NCBI GenBank assembly: GCA_951406725.2
Contig: OX597824.1
Location: 78,864,001 to 78,928,000 of the forward strand
Origin: Octopus vulgaris
Lineage: Eukaryota
Length of the DNA: 64,000 bases
Reading direction: 5' to 3'
Shown piece by piece: positions 53,907 through 64,000 of the stretch. The translations under genes were made by a program, and so were the position numbers. The number at the start of each line of letters is the position of its first letter. Positions within the stretch are counted from its first letter, which is position 1. The notes beneath the pieces were generated by a model. The model ran no database searches, was not told the DNA's origin, and was given only the letters and a program-made list of their open reading frames with translations.

Positions 53907-55621
53907 TAAGACACACACACATATGTTTGCGTTTCTCGTTTACGGTCTTCTGTTACTGGACTGCGGCCAGGCTGGAACACTGCTTTAAAAAAAGTCGATT
54001 ATATTGAGCCCGGTACTTTGTACTTTATTGAGTACGGAAGGAGAAAAGGCTCAGTCGGCTTAGACGTAGAGAATCCGCATAACATCCCCGCCTTACTGAT
54101 TCTGTGAAGCACTGCCGACGTACGGATACAGTCAACACAGAGACACCCAGACACACATATGTATGTATGTCCTTATTCAGTTTTATTTCAAGATTTCTCG
54201 CCAATAGAGAAAGGGTCGGTTTCTAACCTAGATCCAAGACTCCTTCAATTGAACTTCAACAGCATCAACAGGATATTTTTGCATGTATGTATATGTGCAG
54301 ATTTGTATGTTTTGTCTTCTGTCTTCTCATGCATATAGTTGCATATTTAGACATGCTCATATATACTTAAATGATAAACTTTGGGAAAGTTTTACAGAAC
54401 TTTACAGCTCCATTGATGGCTTGAATCTGTAGTCTTCGAACCAGCTTTCTCCTTTCTGGTTTTGAAAAGCCTAATTTCTCGAGATTAGTGTTTAGGAAGT
54501 GTGTTACATATCCCAGGGCCCCAATAATTACAGATATAAACCTGAACTTGTAGTCTGGGTAACTTGTAGTCTGCAGTAATTGTATGTATGTATGTATGTA
54601 TGTATGTATTATGTATGTATGTTTGTATGTATGTATGTATGCATCCTTCTAGGAGAAGGTAACTCAGGTAACTGGGATAACTCCGACATAAAACCTGCGG
54701 CTCAGTGGTTACCGATGATGTTGACTTGTTCTTTTTGGATTAAGGCTGCTGTTGCTTAGTAAGTGGGATTGACTCAGTGCACAGCCTTTCCTCACTTAAA
54801 AAAAAAATCTTCTTGCACAGGCATTGCACGATAACAACATTGATTAAGCTTCGTGCAATGGCCATACTCGATAACGAGGGGGCAGCCACCATGTATGTAT
54901 GTACGTTCTCTTCTGTTTTTAATTATTTAAATTTTTCCTCTGAGGAAGGAGCTGGTTTCTAACAAAGAGTCAAAGCTCCATCTTCGAAATTTAGATAACA
55001 AAAGCAATTTCGCATTCGAAACTTGGAAACAGTTCTTATTGTTCTACTTACAGATTGAAATTGTAATGTACGGATTAATTTTTTTGATCTCTTTTTCTGA
55101 AAACTCTAGCTTATCAAGATTGTCACTTCGGCTTTTACTCACACAAACAAGTGCACAAATTATGATTATTGGTATAACCGTGAATTTATAATCTGGATAG
55201 TGACGTTGGAGTTTTCGGGGTAGTTGCCCATAGTTTAGTTTCCCACTTTCTCCTTTTCTATCCCAAACAACAATATACGGCCTGTTATGTATGTATATGT
55301 GTATGCGTATATATATATATACACATAGATAAAACTAACTTGGAAGAGGATGCGTGGCGTTCAATCATATAATTATATAAATAATATATATATATATATA
55401 TAATAATAAATATTAGGGAATAAATCCAAATTTACAGGGAAAAATCAGATTTAGGATTAAATCCAATTTTATAGTAAAATATTATATAATATTAATTAGA
55501 GACAAAACCACTATTTTGCAAAACAAACAAGGAAAGACTTAATCAATACATAAAATTTTAATAAAAAGTAAAAATGCATATATACATACGTATATGTACA
55601 TACTTATATCTATACGTATAT

Positions 55622-55798
55622 CGTTAGCCACTACACACATTTTTTCTCTCCTTGTTTTTTCTGTGTCCCTTTCTGTAGAAGAGCGTAGGCCCGAAACGTA
55701 AAAGACTTTTTCTATTCCTGAGCATTATACTAATACATCTGTTTGTTCTGTACACCACCTGTCTTCGTCTTTTGTTGTTTTTTTTCGTAAACTCTCCT
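55622..55798 (+). mobile_element. Penelope-like terminal repeat with a hammerhead-like core
   Basis: 55669-55704 reads cttt-CTGTAGA-a-gagc gtag gccc-GAAAC-GTA-aaag. Confidence 0.6.
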
Positions 55799-55839
55799 AT
55801 ACATACATACATACATACATACATACATACATACATACA

Positions 55840-55911
<72 letters not shown>

Positions 55912-56090
55912 CATATGTATACGCATATGTGGGCACAGGACGTCACAAAACATAAACAACAAAAAATACGAAGTACGAGTACATGGAATATGAACGATTT
56001 TTTCGAAAGACTCAAACGGAAAACAAGGCAAACAACATGAAGAACGACCCTTCATCAGTTGTTGGCTATTTATCTATATATATAATCTAT

Positions 56091-56252
56091 AGGCGTAGGA
56101 GTGGCTGTGTGGTAAGTAGCTTGCTTACCAACCACATGGTTCTGGGTTCAGTCCCACGCGTGGCACCTTGGGCAAGTGTCTTCTACTATAGCCTCGGGCC
56201 GACCAAAGCCTTGTGAGTGGATTTGGTAGACGGAAACTGAAAGAAGCCTGTC

Positions 56253-56286
<34 letters not shown>

Positions 56287-56421
56287 AAAAAATAAGAAGG
56301 TTAACAGCAGGCTGTTTCACCTCTGACAATTAATTTGTCGTATTTACATACCGAAATTTACCGGTAAATAATTGTTGGTTACATGATAAACCACAGGAAA
56401 ATTATTTACCATTTTTATTGA

Positions 56422-56497
<76 letters not shown>

Positions 56498-56716
56498 TTG
56501 GTGTTTGTGTGTCTGTGTTTGTTCCCCTAGCATCACTTGACAACCGATGCCGGTGTGTTTACGTCCCCGTCACTTAGCAGTTCGGCAAAAGAGACCGATA
56601 GAATAAGTACTGGGCTTACAAAAGAATAAGTCCCGGGGTCGAGTTGCTCGATTAAAAAAAAAAAGGCGGTGCTCCAGCATGGCCGCAGTCAAATGACTGA
56701 AACAAGTAAAAGAGTA
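56091..56716 (+). mobile_element. SINE family B with an expanded and interrupted internal (TA)n
   Basis: Head 56091-56253 and tail 56490-56716. A 140-bp foreign insert lies within the TA tract. Confidence 0.82.
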
Positions 56717-56938
56717 ATATATATTAGTCGCCAGAAAACTTAGAACAAGTGACTCCGAGAAGTGACTCATGCACACTTAGCTTTGAAACAATGTTATTCA
56801 AATCTAGCTAATGAACATTAAGTAACTTTTAGTTTAATTGCAATTCACACCTGTGTAAAGGCACCACATATGTGGACGTGTATGCATGTAAATATATGTG
56901 TGTGTGTGTGAGAAAGTGTTTGTGTGTGTGTATGCGTG

Positions 56939-56969
<31 letters not shown>

Positions 56970-57585
56970 ATGTGTGCATATGTAGGTACGAGTATGTATG
57001 TATGTATGTATGTATGTATGTATGTATGTATGTATGTACGTATGTGTGTATGTATGTATGTGTGTATGTATGTATGTATGTATGTATGTGTATGTATGTA
57101 TGTATGTGTGTGTGTATGTATGTGTGTGTATGTATGTATGTATGTATGTATGTATGTATGTATGTGTGTATGTGTGTATGTATGTATGTATGTATGTATG
57201 TATGTATGTGTGTATGTATGTGTGTATGTATGTATGTGTGTATGTATGTATGTATGTATGTATGTGTGTATGTATGTATGTATGTATGTATGTATGTATG
57301 TATGTATGTGTGTATGTATGTATGTATGTATGTATGTATGTATGTATGTATGTATGTGCTGTACAAGGTCAAGAGGTTTCACACGAGTAAATTTATATTA
57401 AAAACAAATGGATGAAACTGCTTTGAGAATTTTATCATGAATAAAAGGAAGACATTATTTTCTTCAGAATACAATTGTTCTCGGAAACTTGTTCCTATTT
57501 GAATTTTTCCCTTGTCTTATTCATGATTTTCAGAGTGTGTGTGTGTGGGTGTCTAAGTGTGTATATATATATATACATACATAGT

Positions 57586-57954
57586 GGAGGCGCAATGGCC
57601 CAGTGGTTAGGGCAGCGGACTCGCAGTCATAGGATCGCGGTTTCGATTCCCAGACCGGGCGTTGTGAGTGTTTATTGAGCGAAAACACAGGCTCTGGCAG
57701 GGGATGGTGGTGATCCCTGCTGTACTCTTTCACCACAACTTTCTCTCATTCTTACTTTCTGTTTCTGTTGTACCTGTACTTCAAAGGGCCGGCCTTGTCA
57801 CTCTCTGTGTCACGCTGAATATCCCCGAGAACTACGTTAGGGGTGCACGTGTCTGTGGACTGCTCAGCCACTTACACGTTAATTTCACGAGCAAGCTGTT
57901 CCGTTGATTCGGATCAAACGGAACCCTCATCGTCGTAACCGACGGAGTGCTTCC
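57586..57954 (+). mobile_element. SINE family C with a small internal deletion
   Basis: Homologous to the 14928 copy. Confidence 0.85.
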
Positions 57955-58599
57955 ATATACATACATACATACATACATACATACACAGGATGCGATGGGT
58001 AAATTGTCTCCATTTCATATTTTTTATTTCACGCTTGCGCATTGTTTGTTTTTGATTTTGTTGACTACACAGTATAGTAGGGTCATTTGGGCACTGTCCG
58101 TGAGAAAAACAATACCATGACGCAATTTGCTCTGCCAGAAACTTGGAAACGACATGCTGTACTGCTCGGCAGAAAATTTTGAGCACCCTCTTCAATACAC
58201 ACACAAACATGAACGCATACATACACACATAATTTGTTTTTATTACACACCACGTCCCTAAAGCTTTAGCATTTAAACAGGCCATATCCGACCCAAATAT
58301 TCTGTTTCCAGTTCAAACTAGCTAGATTTTCCTATAATGCATTCCAAAAGTAAACAGTCACATCATTGAGATCTCGGTGCTACGATATAAGGCATAATTT
58401 ATTTGAAATAATAACGTGAATAAATAAAGCATTGCTATTGACAGAATAATCTGAATGCCAAAGGGCCGAATATGGCAGTAAATCTACCTTTCGACGACCT
58501 ATTTACATTAAGTATGATATATGAATACCTATTTTATTCTAATACAATTTCTGTTGCATATAAAATACATATATAGCGCGCGCGTATGTACAAAGAGAG

Positions 58600-59690
<1,091 letters not shown>

Positions 59691-60012
59691 TGAGGTGAAG
59701 TATAGACAATGGCTTGTTTCATGGTGATTACGTTCACGACACCGAGAAGGTAAAAAGAAGAGAAAAAAATAAAAGAAAAACAAAAAAAGAAAATACGTAC
59801 ACCATCACAAACAAAACAAAACAAAACAAAACAAGTAAATAACAAGCACGAAATAAATAAATAAATAAATAAACGATGAAAGAGATTGGGGTTAAAAATA
59901 TACAAACAAATAAAGCAACAAAAAAAAACAAACAAACATTGAAAACTCCTCCAACAACACAACACAATCGTAAGGACACACACACACACACACACACACA
60001 CAGATATATACA

Positions 60013-60082
<70 letters not shown>

Positions 60083-60102
60083 TATATGTTTGTATATATA
60101 TA

Positions 60103-60137
<35 letters not shown>

Positions 60138-60184
60138 GTATGCATATGTATATATATATATATGTATATATATGTATGCATATG

Positions 60185-60217
<33 letters not shown>

Positions 60218-60223
60218 GTGTAT

Positions 60224-60352
<129 letters not shown>

Positions 60353-60366
60353 TATACGTATGTATG

Positions 60367-60404
<38 letters not shown>

Positions 60405-60515
60405 GTGTACACCGCCATTGAGATATTGTAATCCGGTTCACAATTTTTCTAATCAATGAGACCATTGTTATCCAGAAATAGACACCACGTGTAATTGTGT
60501 AATTGTGGAGGAACA

Positions 60516-60607
<92 letters not shown>

Positions 60608-60651
60608 TGTGTATATATATTTACACACGCACATGTATACATATATACATA

Positions 60652-60700
<49 letters not shown>

Positions 60701-60969
60701 GCGCACGCACGCACACATGCACGCATATAGAGAGAAAGAGAGACAGACGTAGAATGAGATAGAATGTGTACAAGAGGAAGTGTCTCTGTATTTGTATGCG
60801 TGTGATTTATGTGTGTATGTGTGTGTGTGTGTATGCGTGAGCATGCGCGCGTATATGCGCGTGTGTGGTTTTAAACGAATATATATCAAATAAATAAGAT
60901 CGTATTATCCGTGTAAATGATATTACAACAAACAAGGTACTCATTCATAATACATACACGACAGATATA

Positions 60970-61008
<39 letters not shown>

Positions 61009-61345
61009 CGCACATACAAACATACCCACGTATATACATGCATATATACATAGATACATTCACACACACACACACACACACACATACACACACACATACT
61101 GTAAATGCCTAGGATTTTTCATGTAAAATTATATCAGTCATTATAGAACTAAATAGAAGTCCTAAACAACAACAAAAAAAACAAAAATGAAAAGAAAATA
61201 ATAGCGATCGACACTTCGCGGTATTTGAACTCCATACCCCTCTCTTGTTTGCCAATCACGATGCTCGGCCTTGCTTAAATTAGTAACACTAATTTTCTTT
61301 TAATTTTACTTGCACTATCGGTTTCAAAATATATATGCACATATA

Positions 61346-61396
<51 letters not shown>

Positions 61397-61606
61397 ACAT
61401 ATATATGTTCCCCACATACACACACGCACACATCTAGGTCGAGCTTCCTTCAGTTTCTGTCTACCAAATCCACTCACATGGCTTTGGCTAGACATGAGGC
61501 TATAGTAGAAGACACTAGTCGAACGTACCACGCAGTGTGACTGAACCCGGAACCATGTGGTCGAGAAGCAAGGTTCTAAAAACACATCCACACCTGCACC
61601 TGTATG

Positions 61607-61656
<50 letters not shown>

Positions 61657-61657
<1 letters not shown>

Positions 61658-62047
61658 TAGCAGTGTCGCCCGGCGTTGCTCGGGTTTGTAAGGGAAATAA
61701 CTATATAAGCATTTTTAGAGAAGTAAAGTATAATAGCCATCTCAATATGGCTAACCACAAAGGGGGGTGTTACTGTAGCTTTTTACGTTCTGAGATTTAA
61801 TAATACACTTTTAGAGAGTTACTTCCCTTATATAATAGCAAAAAATGCATTAAAAATGGGGAAAAATTATGGTAAATATTTTTTTAAATCGTAGACTCAT
61901 CGTAGACGCGCGCTAATACCCAGAAGGGCTCGATATGAATCACGACTATAAAATACCCGCTTTTGGTTACACTGCACCGCAAAATGTGGGAGTAGTTAAG
62001 AATCTAAATCGTAGGAGACAGACACACAACTTCACTTTTATATATAA

Positions 62048-62050
<3 letters not shown>
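61657..62050 (-). mobile_element. Non-autonomous Helitron (394 bp) inserted in (TA)n
   Basis: The minus strand begins A|TC (tctttatatataaaag) and ends with hairpin cccgagcaacgccggg plus cgacactgCTAG|T. No TSD. Confidence 0.78.
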
Positions 62051-62102
<52 letters not shown>

Positions 62103-63614
62103 AAAATAATAAATAAGGGGGAAAAATTGAATATTAATTTGATTAATATTAATTTAAAACCAGTGGTCTAGCATATTGAAAAATCTGAAGATTCAAAAAA
62201 ATTATATTACATGCATATAAGAGGGATGACCACTAAGTGAACATCCATTATACTAGAAGTAGACCACCTATGGTCTTACCACTAAGAAAGGATTGTTCTC
62301 AAGAAAATGTTAGCGTTTGCTAAATTAGCTAAATTAGCACGCTGCATAAAATGCTTCTGCCTTTATGCTTTGAGTTCAAATTCTGCCGAGGTCGATATTG
62401 CCTTTCATTCTCTCTGAGTCGATAAAATTAGTACCACTATAATAGTGAGATGGATGTGATCGACTAACCTCTCCTACATAATTCCAGGCCTTGTGCCAAT
62501 AATGGAAAGGATAGCTATCAAAACTACCGGCTGGGCATGCGCAGAATTGGACCGTAAAGTGCAGAGATTGGTTGAAATTTTGCAGTCAACACATGTGTAC
62601 AAACGCACTGATGTCAATTTTATTCTCTTTTCTTATAGTGAAATTTTTGTCACTTACATAAGAAACGCGCGCAATTTCTTTGTGTCTGTGTTTGTCACCC
62701 GCCACCGCTCGATAACCGGTGTTGGTGTGTTTACGTTCCCATAACTTAACGGCTCGGCAAATAGACCGAAAGAATAAGTATCAGGCTTTAAAGAAGTACC
62801 GGTGTTGATTCAGTCGATTAAAAATTCCTCAAGGTGGCGCCCCAGCATAACCGCAGTCTAATATAACACCTCCACCTCTTGCTTGGATGCCTTTAATGAA
62901 ATCACCTCTGCTACAAACAAAACATGTGGAACAAGTTAGAAGATACCTTCCTTCATCTTCCTCAAGAGGCCCTCTAAAGGGACACAGGCACTACTCTGTC
63001 TCCTAACGCGGCGATATTAAAGAAAGTTATTGCTATCTTATCTTTGTTTTGTTTTTTGTTTTTCAAGTATAATGTATATGGTTAGTCCACGTTACTCCGC
63101 GAGGAGCATAAGGCCGGTTTCCTGATTTCTCTGGGTTATATATTCTTCTCACCTGAGCGGGACGCCGATCATTCGAGGATTAAATATTTTTTATCAGCTG
63201 GGTGGGCTGGATCAATATGAAACGAAGTGTTTTGCTCAAAAACACAACGCATTGCCCGGTCCGGGAATCGAAACCGCAATCTTACAATCATAAGTCCGAC
63301 ACCTTAACCACTCAGTCATGCGCTTCCAAACTAGTGTATATAGGATTACAATATCTAATGTGTTCTTGGTTTTTTTAAGACAGTAGTGAGTGACTAGAAT
63401 AATACGGAATTTGGCAACTATTTCTAACAGATGGTGTGTCCACGCAGTGGCTCTCTCTTTGGCGCAAAATGTTGAAGATTTTCGAAATAGTTATTAAAAA
63501 AATATCAAAACGAGTTAAGTGAAGAACATTGCCTCGAAGGAATCATTTCTTCTAGGAAATACCCCACGAGAAAAAGAAACTTATAAACAGAATTAAAATG
63601 TCTTGGATCCCAAA

Positions 63615-63710
<96 letters not shown>

Positions 63711-63735
63711 TGATGATGATGATAATAATAATAAT

Positions 63736-63794
<59 letters not shown>

Positions 63795-64000
63795 TAATAA
63801 ATAAATAAATAAATATGTAGATAAATAAATAAATTACAGACAAATATAAATAATGGTGCATCTTTTTTTCAATGTAAACTATACATTTTCAAGCCCGTAA
63901 GATTGTTGCCAAAATCATGAAATTTTTCTTCGTATGTACGTAACGTCATTTTATTATACTCTCGAGTAAAACAAAATGAGCATAAGTAGTCTTTTTACTT

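Noticed and set aside
56000-56063. CTGATGA on the minus strand as another hammerhead
   Set aside because: Stem III and the cleavage triplet could not be assigned convincingly; at most a decayed PLE terminus

Overview
Eukaryotic, AT-rich genomic DNA saturated with repeats and microsatellites. The SINE, LINE and microsatellite content suggests an octopus or other coleoid cephalopod (inference from repeat style, not verified). The only convincing host gene is the large terminal coding exon of a SOCS4/5 (Socs36E-like) SH2/SOCS-box gene at 965-2529 (+). The remaining ~61 kb is degraded transposable-element sequence. It includes a decayed hAT transposase holding three nested insertions (a SINE, a complete non-autonomous LTR element with a tRNA-Trp PBS, and a solo LTR), plus mariner/Tc1 and ZMYM1-like hAT relics. 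Retroelements include an R2-like fragment outside rDNA, a Dong/R4 3' end in (TAA)n, RTE and Penelope fragments, and at least four tRNA-derived SINE families, one forming concatemers; there is also a Helitron. The most notable unannotated signal is a dispersed set of minimal hammerhead-ribozyme-like motifs with stem covariation in Penelope-like termini, two of them associated with long near-perfect palindromes. Almost all other ORFs in the track are microsatellite or SINE artefacts. No CRISPR array or prokaryotic system is present.
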